Shown in pieces: positions 49,257 through 62,905 of a stretch of 64,000 bases of DNA (position 1 is the stretch's first letter; each line of letters opens with the position of its first letter). The stretch spans positions 8,359,885-8,423,884 of the forward strand of contig NC_068991.1 of the NCBI RefSeq assembly GCF_001194135.2. The letters are read 5' to 3'. The translations under genes were made by a program, and so were the position numbers. This DNA is from Octopus bimaculoides. Lineage: Eukaryota. The notes below the pieces were generated by a model that saw only the letters and a program-made list of their open reading frames with translations, had not been told where the DNA came from and searched no databases.

Positions 49257-50564
49257 CATATACACACACATACACATTTATATATATACACATATATATA
49301 TGTATGTATATGTTACATACATATATATGAACACACACACACATGGCCACAGCAAGATGGCTGAAATCTGTAAAACAGTACAAAAAAATTTTCTTTTATA
49401 TTTTTACATTCAGTGGATGGGAGGACCGAACAGATGTTAAGACGAAGCTGTGAAATGAAATATTCATGATAACAGAATTCCATTCCTTGTTCAAAATTAT
49501 TATTTTTATGTAATTATTCAATTGTTTCCTGATATATTCCATTATTTCAACTTTAAGATATTAAAGCCAACTGTTTTCATTGGATTATCATAGATTATCT
49601 TCACCATTTTCATGCTGCTGAGTTTTTGGCAGAATTGTTAGCACACCAGACAACTGGCTTAGCAGCGTTCCTTCCAGCTTTACGTTTTTTTGTGTTCAAA
49701 TTCTGCTGAGGTCAACTTTGCCTCTCATCCTTTTGGGGGTTGATAAAATAAGTACCAGTTGAGCACTGGGGTCAATGTAATTGACCAGACCCATTTCCCC
49801 AAAATTTCAGGCCTTGTGCCTATTGTAGAAATAATTATTTTCACCATTTACTGCTGGTTCAACTTGTTCAATGAGTTATTTTTCAAAGCATGTTTGTAAG
49901 TTTTCGTTAACGTATTCTCTTTATTCCTATCATCCTGGTTTACTATTTCTCTTAAGGTACTTTTGGGGATACACAACAGTCAGGAGGATTAAAGTTGTAA
50001 GTTACTGTCTGGCTAAGAATGTCATGAATTTAAAATCTCACTTGCTATAACCAGTATATAGTATCGTCATTGTCATCGTCATCATCATCATCATCATCAT
50101 CATCATCTAATATCTGTCTTCCATGCTGGAATGAGTTGGAAGTTTTGGTGGGAGCAGGCAAGCCAGAGGGCTGCACCAAGCTCCACTGTCTGTTTTGGTA
50201 TGGTTTCCACAGCTGAATGCCCTTCCTAATGCCAACCATGTTACAGAGGGCACCAAGTGCTTTTTACGTGGCACCAGCACCAGCAAGGTGTCTGCTTTGG
50301 TATGGTTTTTACAGCCGGATGCCCTTCCAAACACCAACCACTTTACAGTGTGGACCAGATGTGTCCTCAGATAAAATCAAGTACTCTGCTTACCTCAGTC
50401 TGCTCAAATCAGAACAGGTACAACACTCAGTTTAGTTGACTGAATGGCTGGTTGGAGGAAAAGTATCCATTGAAAAGGAAATTCTTCCACAATTCATATG
50501 TAAATGACTAAATTTGCAAAGCAATCCTCTCCATAACAATGTAAAAATACATGTACCACCATAG

Positions 50565-50679
50565 CAATAGTAGTAGTAGTAGCTGCAATAGTAATAGTAG
50601 TTGTAATAATGATGATAATAATTGATAATGAAAATGCTAAAACAAAAGCCTCAGTGGTAACAGCAGCAGCAGCAGTAGT

Positions 50680-50762
<83 letters not shown>

Positions 50763-50775
50763 CAGCAGCAGCAAT
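50565..50775. repeat. Compound (AGT)n/(AAT)n/(AGC)n microsatellite
   Basis: Direct reading; it produces the spurious poly-Thr/Ala/Val ORFs. Confidence 0.9.
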
Positions 50776-51029
50776 AATAATCAAAACTGTGGAGAGGTAG
50801 AAACAATAGAGTACCATGATAAAATGTCTTATAGTATTTAGTTCTACCTGTTTACATTTTTAGTTCAAATCCCACCACTATCAATTTTGCCTTCTTTCCT
50901 TCCAGGGTCAATATTCAGAAACTGGGATTGATGATTAAATTGACTACACTTTTTTTTTGTTCCCTCCCCACATAATTTGTGGCCTTCTGCTGATGTTAGA
51001 AATCACCATTATTTTTCATTACTTAAATA

Positions 51030-51240
51030 ACAACGACAACACAAATTGCATCATTTTGAGACAAATATTTGCTGATGACCACATGGTCATCTTTAAATAA
51101 ACAAAGGCAGACAATAATGCCCTTACACAACAGGAGACATGTTGCAAATCATCTACAATTGGGGGTGGATATTTACTTCCAAATGAAATAAGAGAATCTC
51201 TCTCTTAAAAATACTTGTGTAACTATGACAATGTTTAAGA
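51030..51240 (+). mobile_element. Highly decayed LINE reverse-transcriptase fragment
   Basis: ILRQIFADDHMVIF (F/YADD motif) followed about 40 codons later by ESLS*KYL. Confidence 0.45.
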
Positions 51241-51723
51241 AAAAAAAACAACAACAATTGAATTCTATGATTATAAAAAGAAGCTTTTTAAAAATATATC
51301 ACAAAGATACATTCCAGAAGATGCAAAACATTAATTGATATAATTTGTTTTTAACTATCGAACTTGAAGTAGATAAAGCTATAAGTATTAACATGTAGAA
51401 TATTGGGTTGAAAAACTTGTAAGGTTGAAATTATTGGGTTGAAAAACCTCTTGGATAGAAAAACGTCAAAGGCTACCCATGGGACATGAACTCACATCTT
51501 CAGTAAATGTGACAGATGTTCTATCATGGGATCAAAGCAATCCTTTAAAATTCTTTATTCATTACAAAAGCTTTGTTCTTATAAATGAGGAATGTGTGTT
51601 GTTTACATTGTAAGAATTTAGAATCTTCAAGAGATGTGAGTTCATGAGTTTGTTTTTAACTGTGGAACTCAAAGTAGAGAATCTATAAATAATAGATGTT
51701 GGCGCAGCTATGTGCATAGGCAA

Positions 51724-51884
51724 AGGCACAGCTGCGTGGTAAGAAGTTTGCTTCCCAACCTTCCAACCACATGGTCCTAGATTCAGTCCCATTGTGCAGT
51801 ACCTTGGGCAAGTGTCTTCCACTATAGCCTCGGGCTGACCAAAGCATTGTGAGTGGATTTGGTAGATGGAAACTGTAAAGAAGC

Positions 51885-51915
<31 letters not shown>

Positions 51916-52124
51916 TTTGTTGATCTTACCTTCACAGACTGTGTGTGTGTGTATGTGTTTGTCCCCCATAATTTAGCAGTTTGGCAAAAGAGACCAATAG
52001 AATAAGTACCAGGCTTTAAAAAATAACCACCCATGGGGTTGATTCATTTTACTAAAACTTCTTCAAGGCAGTGCTCCAGCATGGCCACAGTCAAATGACT
52101 GAAACAAGTAAAAGAGTAAAAGAG
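51724..52124 (+). mobile_element. Most abundant tRNA-derived SINE family, near-complete copy
   Basis: gctgcgtggtaagaagtttgcttcccaaccacatgg...ggcaagtgtcttc...(TA)n(TG)n...ggtgctccagcatggccacagtcaaatgactgaaacaagtaaaagag. Many copies, e.g. ~555-940, ~1425-1650, ~9860-10230, ~16980-17210, ~20066-20220, ~28617-28870, ~38665-38830, ~44823-44925. Confidence 0.85.
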
Positions 52125-52713
52125 TATTTCGCATCTCTTGAAGTTGTTAAATTCTTATAACATAGTTGTTAATAGACGTATTTTAATGTACAGAATATGG
52201 GTAGTATTATATGTAAGGTCGATACTCAGGTATTTCAAGCAGCTACCTCCATGCCAAGGGTCTACTTGAGAAGAGCTGATCGGTGGCTACACAACCATGA
52301 GAGTATCAAACATACGCAACATCAGAAAAATAAATATCATAATACTACATACACAAACAAATACTAAAAGAACATTCGCTTGTCAACGAGAGAGCCTCTA
52401 TCTGTTGCTTCCTAGAAATGACAGCCAAATCTCCCTCCAATTGTTCACTACCATCTTGTCTTTAAAAAAAAAAAAATGAAAAACACATCGAATAATGTAG
52501 TCTTAGTACACTATATTTGAAGAAAAGATGGATGGGATGGGATGGGATGGTCATGGTTGGAATGCCTTTGATCACAGTTTGCTCAAGGGGCTCACCAACT
52601 ACATCAATAAAACTCTAACAATCACAAACTTACAGAGAGAGTTCAAGAGTGAATGACAAATCACAATGGAAAATAAAATCACTGCACATTCAATTCCTTC
52701 TATGTAAGGATAA

Positions 52714-52791
<78 letters not shown>

Positions 52792-55708
52792 TCTTTTACT
52801 CTTTTACTGGTTTCATTTTGGGATCACCACTACTTTATTATCTCCCCTTCTTCCTAGCTCTCCTGTGTGACCCCTCTGCTGGGCAGTTGCCATATATCTC
52901 GTTTCATAACTGTTATCTCTGAAGAGCACAGGGTTACATAATTGGACTGTTATCTAAGACTCCATTGAACCCCTGGTGCGAGACCAATTGGTAAGATTGG
53001 CCATAATGGATATATAACACTTTACATTTGAATTAATACACACACACACACACTTGGATGGTAATGGATCAAGGTAGAGAGTAAGATTCCTTGATCTCCT
53101 GTTAGATTATGTGTGTTTGTATATATGTATATATATACATGTATATATATACATACATACAGAAAGATAGATATTACAAACACACAGTTACATACATACA
53201 TACCTACATGCATGCATATGTCACATATTTGAATGTAAGCTTGCATGAAATATTATATAATCCATTAGTTAACCAATTTAATTAATTCCTTTTTGTTTAT
53301 ATAAATATATAATTAACTAGTTGAGTGAATGAAATCAGCCTGTGTTTCATGACTCACCTACTACATACACTCTTTCGTAAAAGCTTTCAAAAATATGATT
53401 GTGATAACTTGCAGAGCCATTGATGGATGATTGGCTTCAGCCTAAAAGAACTTGAGACTCTATAATTTCTGTTCAGATATCAATAATATTTACTAAGATA
53501 CCAACAGAGAATGTTTTCTGTTAAGATGCCTAACTGTATTCAAGTGTGAGTATCTCTCTGCAGTTGAACATGCCTACTGTGGTAAAATGGTTGCTGTAGT
53601 AATTAGGGATACATGTATGAAGTAAGGCAAACATTCTTTGGTATTTGCAAATATTCAGACAAAGAGAGAAGAAAAAGAGTTAGCCATTTTGATATTTTCA
53701 AAATATCCTAAAAAGGATATAGCAAAGCTTACAGCATATAAAGGTTTTGATTTGCACTAAATTATTGAAGTATTGAAACTAGAAAAACTTCTGAGAAAAT
53801 CTTCTAAAGATTATACCTCTTGGAAGTGTACATATTCTTAGCATAAAACAATATTTGTTGGTAAATACAAAGACAGGGAGAAAAAGAAACAGTATATGGT
53901 TACAAATAATGCAAAATACATACATGAATAGAATACATCAGTTCACTTTGGATCAGTTAATAAATTCATAATAAAAATTATTATATCGCATCAGTAACAA
54001 TAACAATCCCATTACTGCCACCCCTCATTAACATTACAACTAATTATTTGACTGAACTCAATTCACATATTTTCATCATTATTTAATATAAATAAATCAT
54101 TTGAGGTTTAGTTTGTGAAATGTAATTTATATCTTTTATACAATTTATATTTTCTGGAATGTACAAGTTGAAGCAAATTTGTGCATCATCATTGTTATAA
54201 ATAATATAAATGTTGTATCCATATCTTAAAAATACGCACATATTTTTCATGATTTTTTTTTATAATGCAGATGTTGTTATCCTTTAAGAGAAAACTAACA
54301 TCTTTATTAATACGTTTATAATCCTCACTTAAGTATGTGAATGTATAAAATAAGTATTATTGGGATATGTATGTAATGAATTTAGAGGGAAATATGATTT
54401 TTTTTTCTCTCTCTACCTCCTAACATGAAATCAATGAAACATTTAATATTTTAAAACTGTGCCTAATTAAGTCACATATCTAAATAAATAAACAAGCCTA
54501 AAATTTAATTGTTGTCATTTTTTTAATTATAGTAGCAATTATAAGGTAATTTTAATTACATTTGCAATCGTAAAATAATTTTAAAAGAAAGTTTCGTCAG
54601 TTTTCAGCTAAAGAAACATTTAAAATTTTAATTAATACAGGTACAACATTGACTTTTCCAAAACGTTTGGTTACAAAATCATTCCATACTACTGATTTTT
54701 CCAAACCAGGTGTGGTCACACTAAATTAAACAAATATTAAAATTTTCTTAAATAATTAAGTGAAATACAAGAAATGAATTTATTAGTGCTGTACTGTGCA
54801 AGATACTGTGAAATGCGGCCACCTGGTAAATTAGTCCAGTGGCCATGAGAATTTGAAGTTTCTGTTTGTAACTTATTGCAGATTATGAGAAGTTCTGAAC
54901 CATTGGGGATTGGAATGTTAGTGTTGTACCTGTAATGAACATTTGTTCATATATAATAATATGAATTCTAAAGTTTTAATCAAATTCAGTTTAATTCAAT
55001 TCTATTCAAAAATCACTTTACTATTCTAAAAATACTAAAAAAATATAGTTTAAATTTTTACAACAGATATTATGTTGCATTTTTTTGCCAAATATGCTTT
55101 TTTGCTTGTCAAATTTCTTAAGAAATATGTATTGCTCCTGCTTTTTTGATTCAATTATGGAAAAATATTAAATGCAACTGTCCTGACAAGTCAAGCAAAT
55201 GTCTAAATTTTCAGAAGCATTAAATTTAAGAACCAACTAATTCTTTAGAACTATTCAACATTAAGGACTACAGATGAAAAAAAATATGGTAGTGTGATTT
55301 TCCAGAATATACAGTTTACAGCAGGTGTACTACTTTTACAGCTTAGACTGGTGAAGTTCAAAGGTCACTTTCAAATTTGTTTAAGTTTACTTTTGGGATA
55401 TGTGAATATTTTATACAGCAATTATAATAAATTTGACTAAACACTCCTTTTCTTTTTCCATACATAATGTTGTAGAAAAGTTAGTGCATATTAAATACAA
55501 GAATGCTCTTTCAATTTTTTTATTAGTCTATTTTTCAAATATCTGTTACTGTATGAGTTTGTTTTTTGTTATTTTTTGTTTATTTAAAAAAAAATTTTTT
55601 TTTGTCCTGTGACAAAAGTGTTTGCTCAATGTATATAAGTATAATTATTAATTGCTACATCATTTTAGATGATTAACCTTTTCTGCACACAATAATTTCT
55701 TGTACATA

Positions 55709-55899
55709 GGCCAGTGAGCTGGCAGAAACGTTTGCATGCCAGGCAAAATGCTTAGCGGTATTTCATTTGTCTTTACGTTCTGAGTTCAAATTCTGCCAAG
55801 GTCAACTTTGCCTTTCATCCTTTCAGGGTCGATAAATTAAGTGCCAGTTGCGTACTGGTGTCGATCTAAATTTTGGGCCTTGTACCTAGAGTAAAAAAG
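55709..55899 (+). mobile_element. Second SINE family copy with target-site duplication
   Basis: gagctggcagaaacg...ttctgagttcaaattc...gcctttcatcctttcagggtcgataaattaag. 18-bp direct repeat AATAATTTCTTGTACATA at 55691-55708 and 55900-55917. Other copies at ~2160-2300, ~17740-18330, ~38088-38480, ~49615-49830, ~62050-62520. Confidence 0.85.
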
Positions 55900-56899
55900 A
55901 ATAATTTCTTGTACATACATTAATCTCTTTCTGTACTAGTTTTTAAATGTGTGCATGCATAACTTTGCATGCAGAGGGAACAGTGCATGTCTCCTTGGAT
56001 TTCATTGCCCATACTTACAGAAGTGCATTATACACAAGTTGCATATTATATGAAAAAAAAAAATGGAAACTATCAGCATTTTCAGCCTCCACCTCCTCTA
56101 TAAATATCACAAGTTATTGAACAAATATAAATACATAACATAGAATTAGTTTAACATTTTCAGCAGCAATGAATCTGTATAATTTGGTAGTTTTTATCAC
56201 TTGAACCATTTCTGATATTAAAGTGGTCTGATGATCTGAACTGCTTACAGTTGTTATTTGTTGACCCACTGAAAGCAAATATCTATAACCTTGTTTCTGA
56301 AATATCAATTCCAAGTAACTGTTTGTTTAATTTTCAAGTCCAACTGCATCTTTTCCCAATAAATACAAAATCACCTAACTATTGAGGTGTAGATAATTCC
56401 AACATCAACATCTTGACGCCACCGGTTGTTTTAAACTCTTCAAAATCTGAAACCTAAATTCTATATTTCCATGATTCCGGTGTTGAAATAATAACAAGAT
56501 TAAGTACTTGGATATACTAGGCCTTGAGATTTCAAACTTTTAAGAACCAGTAGCAGTATTTTAGTGTTTACAAACCTCATCTTCATACAGGTAGTTCTAA
56601 CATAATTTGACACATTTTATAACCCATCCAATCATTTAGTTTTGAATTCAACAAATTTTATAAAGCATCCAATTGTTTAGCTCTGAACTTCTATATCTTT
56701 ATTGCTTTGATGCATTGTACAATTCTGGCATAGGGTTTGATAGATCTATGTAATGTTCAATCCTTCCTGTTTCACCTGATCAGTAAGATACAATACTCTT
56801 AGGTCAGTCTTAACTACCATATTTGTCGATGTATAAGATAACATTTTTTTATAGTTTTAAATGTATCCCCAAATTGCCCTGCATCTAACATGGCTGTAT

Positions 56900-57345
56900 T
56901 GTAGATGGGAGACTGAGTGTTGTAGGCTATGATGCCAGATGAGCTTGATCTGCTTGGTACAATAACCATTTGAGTCAAGCAAACCGTCTCCAGCACTCTC
57001 TGTACAACCTGAGAGGGCCTGTACTCCTCTGCTGTCGTTAAGTAGATTACTGGAACTGTGGCCATCCATGACTAGACTTTGGATGAATACTGGGGTGGTT
57101 TCCCATTGTCTTCTCCAAGGGTGTGAGGGTTTGAATTCAGAGACTAGAGAGCCAGAAGAAATACTGTAGAGCATTTCTGCTGATGTGCCAATAATTCTGC
57201 CACTCTCCCACCCACAGGGAACAACTTGAAATGAAGTGTTTTGCTCAAGAACACAACACACCACCTTGTCTAGGAAATGAACTCACAATCTGCCAGTCAT
57301 GAGTGCAACACCCTATCCATTAGGCCATGTACTTTCACAATAATT
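56900..57345 (-). mobile_element. Composite retroposon: tRNA-like heads joined to a Bov-A/RTE-like segment
   Basis: Minus strand reads ...gtgttgtgttcttgagcaaaacacttc...gagtggcagaattattggcac...GGAGAAGACAATGGGAAACCACCCCAGTATTC..., resembling the Bov-A/BovB motif. Confidence 0.55.
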
Positions 57346-59115
57346 GTTAGAAATAATAAAATATTGAAAACAATTCAAATTATCACAGTCTATAAAATTG
57401 CTTACAATATGTTGGCAGTTATGTGGTGAGCTCACATCATCTCATATCTCTTTCCTTGGCATATATAACCCGCATCTGATAGGCATCTTACATTATTTAA
57501 TGACTGTGCTATCTTTAAGAAACATTTGATTTGTTTATTATCCGAATGAAAAGACAAAAAGGATGATAACAGAAACACAGCTTTGGTGCACCCCCAGGTG
57601 AACGATCACCATAACACGAAACATCAAAGCCAGAAATGGGAGTTTCACATCCTGTCTAGCAATTCTCTTCACTAAAACATAAACAACTATTCAGTTGATC
57701 TGAAAGAAGATAAAGCTAAGATATTGTACTTTCATAACATAGTTTATGATAAATATATTGTGATATATACTTTATGCCAGTATCTGTCACAGCATTGTAT
57801 ATACATGCAATGAATCATACTTTTTTTCCCTTACAAAACCACTTTAAAAATGACCTTTATATCCTACTTAATTTTAAGAATACCATAAAATGGGTTTTTG
57901 TCCCCGAGAAAGCATTTCATATAGACATAAAATGTTAAAAAGCACAAAATATCAGCACTATGTGTTTATACAAGCTTCCTCAGGACAAATACTGCAGTTT
58001 TCTCATCATAATATTAACATCTATTTCCATGCTGGCATGGGTTCAATGGTTTCACAGGAGCTGGTAAGGGCCAAGGACCACACCAGGCTCCATTGTCTGC
58101 TTTGGCATGGTTTCTATATCTGGATGCCCTTCCTAACACCAGTGACTTTACAAAGTGTACTGGGTCCTTTTTACATGGCACCAGTGCATTTTATTTTTAT
58201 TTTTTTTTTGGGTTTTCTTAAAGTACATCCATGTTAAGTATGATATATAGATTGCTATTTGGTATTAATACTGCTTCTATTACTCCTAACTAATGTTTCA
58301 ATAAGTGTATGATCAAACATACCAAATTTGTTTTTCCACAAAGTATTCTTGTAAAATAAGGTGTGTGTCTTACATGCTGGCAAATACAGTAGTTGTTTGC
58401 AGGTCTTCCAAAGTCTGTCTTTGAAATAAATATTTCACTTTTACCAATTACTCATTCAACCATAAATCACATGTTCTTGGGTAAATGTCCGAATCAAGCC
58501 ATCTCTATGAATATGTCCTTGATATTCAATCTTTATTGTTAAAATTGCATATCCAACAGATAACACGCAATACGATCCACTGCAATTGCTGTAGAACCTC
58601 AAAATATTGCTTGAAAGTTATTGGTATTCCATTGAATCTTTTACAAAAGAAATCCATAAAAAAAATTCTGTAATCCTTGAATTAGACATATTTTATTTCA
58701 ATTTTCTTCTAACAAATATCACAGATATGTAATATTTTGAATTAACTGTAACTGTTTAATGTTTTCATGTCGCAGTCATTCATAAAGCCCAGGATTAAAT
58801 ATTTAGCCAGTAGTTCCTAAGTCTCATCCCTCAGTAAAATGGAGGGGCAAGGTTTGGTAGGGGGTTTAAGTTTAATATATCTGTAGACCTGAACAGGATT
58901 CTTTTTGTTTTTTTACACAGTTAAATACTAACACTATATTTTCTGGTTGATGAACACAAGACCATCATGTAACCTCGCATGAAAAGCACTGACCCCAAAT
59001 CTGTATAACAAAGTGTTAGCTATAAATTATACATATATAAAAACACTTTTAAGATCTCTTCAATACCAAGCCAACCCAATCCCTATGTAAAAGAGAAGTG
59101 TAACGTATATATAAG

Positions 59116-59183
59116 AACTTTTAAATGGAAATTCATAAACCCTTTAATGCATTAAAGGATTTATGAATTTCCATCTAAAAGTT
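59116..59183. repeat. 68-bp palindrome centred on ATGCAT
   Basis: aacttttaaatggaaattcataaaccctttaatg | cattaaaggatttatgaatttccatctaaaagtt; only 2 mismatched pairs. Confidence 0.92.
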
Positions 59184-60439
59184 ATTATTATTATTATTAT
59201 TATATTAATCTTATGCTATAGTGGGACCTTCTCATAAAGTTACTCTGGAAGATGGAAACAATAAGCAATGGCCAGAATAAATAGCATGGAAGCTTTTTAT
59301 GAACACACTCAAAAAACATTTTACACAAAGGATATATATATATATATATTAATAATCTAGAGAAGAACCACCATTGTGCAACTCACACGATGAAGGAGAT
59401 CAGACACCATCAAGAAAAGCGTACTATACAAAATACTAGTTTTAAAATCTGAAAAACCCAGGGGAAAATTTGTAATACATAAAATCTAAAAAATATTGGA
59501 CTAAAATATTTTTCATTATACAACTCAATTTGATATTAGTAAATTGTATTTCCTTGTAAGTTCGGATTTCATAATTCCCTAACATTATAATATATATATA
59601 TATATATATCCACACCCACCCACATATGTGCAGATATTATTCTAAATAGTTAAATTTTGTTTCTTAAAAATTGAAAAGACCTCTGGGGTTTGTTTGTTTG
59701 TTTTTTTTTAACTTTTTTCTGCAAATTCTATATTTAGAGCTATCACTTTTGAGGACATTCATCACATTGTAATACCAAGGAGAATGTGTAAAATAAAAAT
59801 ATAAACAATACTCTTTATTTGCCGTTATAAAAATTTTATGTTGTTCTTATTGTTATTCAAGTTTTCAACTCTCACTTCTTTCTTCCTCTGTCATTTAATA
59901 TGACTACAATCATTGTCAAAATGTACTTCTAAGTAAGATTGTTGAAATAAAACATGGAATTATTTATATATTGTTTGTTCACTAGTTATTATTAAATGTT
60001 TTTCTTCCTTTGTTTTTTGTGGAAAATCAGTCATCACCATCTACTGGTGTTTCTCCTATACTGGCATAGGTTGAGTCGATATGAACTGGTGTGCCAGGGA
60101 TCTACACCGAGTCCTAATGCCTGCTTTAGCATGGTTCCTACAGCTGGATGCCCTTCCTAATGCCATCCACTTCACAGTGTGTACTGGGTGTTTGTGGCCC
60201 TAGCACTTGAGGGTTCACCAAGTAACTCACAAGACAAGACTCACACAACTGAGTGGGGTATAGTATTGAGGGACATGAAAATTTGACAGAGGGGTCAGTT
60301 TTGAGAGTCCTAAAAGCAGCAAGATGGGAGAGAGAAGCTCAAGTTGCCCTTGATATATCTACATATGGAAAAGAAAAGCAAAAAATAGACAACCTACTTC
60401 TACCAACATTTCCCTATGCTAGAAAGACACAGAAGAGTA

Positions 60440-60770
60440 CTGTAAAACTCCAAGGATTCTGAGAGCATACTGGCAAGACCGCAAAACCAATCAAGACATT
60501 CTAATGAGAGCCAATACAAGACCAATTAGCGAAATCATCACAGAATGAAGATTAAATCTATCAGGTCACATACTCCAGTTAGCAGAACAACTTCCAAATG
60601 GATATTACCAGAGGTAAAAAGAAAGAGAGGAGAACTGAAAATTACACAGCACAGACCATAACTGACATGAGAAGCCAATATCACATGGCCGGATCCAGAG
60701 GAAAACCACAGCCAACAGAAACCAACAGCATCAAGTAACTGCTCAATGAACTTGAGACAAAAGTAGTCAA
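60440..60770 (+). mobile_element. Decayed RTE-clade LINE 3' fragment
   Basis: Translates ILRAYWQDRKTNQDILMRANTRPISEIITE*RLNLSGHILQ, typical of the post-RT region of RTE LINEs. Confidence 0.75.
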
Positions 60771-61206
60771 AGCTGGAATGCTTTTGATCATAAATCTACT
60801 TACTCAGGGTCAGGTTAAATGATAACTGAAGAAAAACCTGAAAAGACTAGGTCTTTCACTATTGTTTGGTTAAGACTAGCCAAGAATTCAGTCATAAAAA
60901 AATTTCTACAATTCTATATTTCTGAGATGAGGGATATATATTATGTATACTGTTTACATTAGTTGGATTGGCATCCTCATCTTGATTGTTGCTTCCACTA
61001 CATTTCAGTTGTGTACACTCCAGCCTTCTTTAGGTGTCTTGTGGATAAAGGTATTGCTATCAAAAGGGTTGAATTCTAATTCTCAGTATAAACCAATATT
61101 TCTTCAGTATAGCAAAATTTCAACCAAATTAAAAAATAAAAACAATTGCATGAAATCAAAGCTTTGAAATTATAACACATACGATAAAGACATCAGATCT
61201 GAATAA

Positions 61207-61220
61207 TTTATTCATTTATT
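61207..61220 (-). terminator. Tandem AATAAA polyadenylation signals of EIF3K
   Basis: AATAAA at 61220-61215 and 61212-61207, 16-29 nt after the stop codon. Confidence 0.65.
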
Positions 61221-61235
61221 TCTTCTCCCAACAAA

Positions 61236-61300
61236 TCATTGAGGGGCCACAGGAGGCACCAGCTGTCCTTTCGAAGCCATTGTCATGATGGCAGCAACAT
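61236..61300 (-). CDS. EIF3K: eIF3 subunit K, terminal exon
   Basis: ttttttcttgtag|AT then VAAIMTMASKGQLVPPVAPQ*; phase 1, matching the upstream exon. Confidence 0.88.
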
Positions 61301-62779
61301 CTACAAGAAAAAAAAAACAAGAAAACAAATCAACAAAATAAAGAATTAGTATTATATTTTTATATTTATTTTCCAGAAATTTAGGATTAAATAACAAAAA
61401 AAGTTTTTTAATTCAAAAATATTTTTTTTTTTNNNNNNNNNNNNNNNNNNNNNNNNNNNNNNNNNNNNNNNNNNNNNNNNNNNNNNNNNNNNNNNNNNNN
61501 NNNNNNNNNNNNNNNNNNNNNNNNNNNNNNNNNNNNNNNNNNNNNNNNNNNNNNNNNNNNNNNNNNNNNNNNNNNNNNNNNNNNNNNNNNNNNNNNNNNN
61601 NNNNNNNNNNNNNNNNNNNNNNNNNNNNNNNNNNNNNNNNNNNNNNNNNNTGTGTCTTGTGGCTACCCGCTCGTTAAAAAAAACGGGGAATGGGCCTGGG
61701 TATATCTATATGTAACTACTGAACAGAGAAGATGAGTAAGTTGAAATCAGTTTGTCATCATCATCATCATCATCGTTTAACGTCCGCTTTCCATGCTAGC
61801 ATGGGTTGGACGATTTGACTGAGGACTGGTGGACCAGGCTTCAATCTGATTTGGCAGAGTTTCTACAGCTGGATGCCCTTCTCCACAACATTTATAATAG
61901 TGTGGAAGCTCACCAACACAATATTGTACAGTATGTTCTATTTCAACAACTTATTGCAGAGAGCACAAACATTTTCCTTGTACTGTGACAACTCATGCAA
62001 TGAGATATGAAACCGCACAAGATAAAACGCAATTTCATATTACTACAGGATATAAGGCAGTGAGCAAGTAGAACTGTTGGCATGCTAGACAAAATGAGTA
62101 GCGGTATTTCATTTGTTTTTATGTTCTAAGTTCAAATTACACTGGGGTCGAATTTGCTTTCCATCTGTTCAGGGTTGATGAAACAGGTACCAGTTAAGCA
62201 CTGGGGGTTAATATAATCAACTTACCCGCTCCCCAAAAATCGTTGGTCATGTGCCAAAATTTGAAACTGATTTTACTGGAGGCCATTCTACAATTATAAT
62301 AATAATAGTAGTTTCAAATTTTGCCACAAGGGCAGCAATTTTGAGGGAGAGGACGAGCCATTTACATTGGCCCCAGTGTTTAACCGGTACTTATTTTATT
62401 GACCCTGAAAAGATGAAGGGCAAAGTCGACCTCGGCAGAATTTGAACTCAGAATGTAGCGGCAGACGAAATACTGCTAAGCATTTCACTTGGCATGCTAA
62501 CGATTTCACCTGTTCGTTGCTGCAGCAATAATAATAATAATAATAATAATACTAAAAGTAATGGTATCAACATATTCTATTTATAGAGCATGGCTGTGAG
62601 GTAAGAAGTTTGCTTCCTAACCAAGCAGGATACAATTCAGTTTCAGTTCCACATAACTCAACATTTATACCAAACTTTGAGCTCAAATATAAGTTTTGCA
62701 GGACTTAAACTAATCAGGACTTAAACTAATCAGATCACTCATTCGTAAAATTACATGTGTGAATTTCACTTCCACTTAC

Positions 62780-62905
62780 TTTCAAGTGTTATTGTCTCTT
62801 TAATGTTCTTGGTTTTGATGTTTTCCTCTTGAACAGCAATAAAAATGGTATCACTGTCGATCAACTTCCAACCATATTTAGCTATCCATTGATTTAACTG
62901 CATTT
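62780..62905 (-). CDS. EIF3K: eIF3 subunit K, penultimate exon (earlier exons not found; presumably beyond the window)
   Basis: ctcctttcag| ... A|gtaagt; MQLNQWIAKYGWKLIDSDTIFIAVQEENIKTKNIKETITLE vs human QLKVWMSKYGW...QIFICSQEESIKPKNIVEKIDFD. Confidence 0.92.

Noticed and set aside
50494-50817. Poly-Thr/Ala/Val ORFs
   Set aside because: Compound trinucleotide microsatellite with no splice context.
54815-54850. GGCCACCTGG...CCAGTGGCC hairpin as a possible H/ACA snoRNA
   Set aside because: No H box or second hairpin/ACA found.
58400-58680. Protein-like minus-strand frame (GSTAIAVDRIACYLLDMQF...)
   Set aside because: Five stops within about 70 codons, no splice sites, no family recognised; possibly an old TE.
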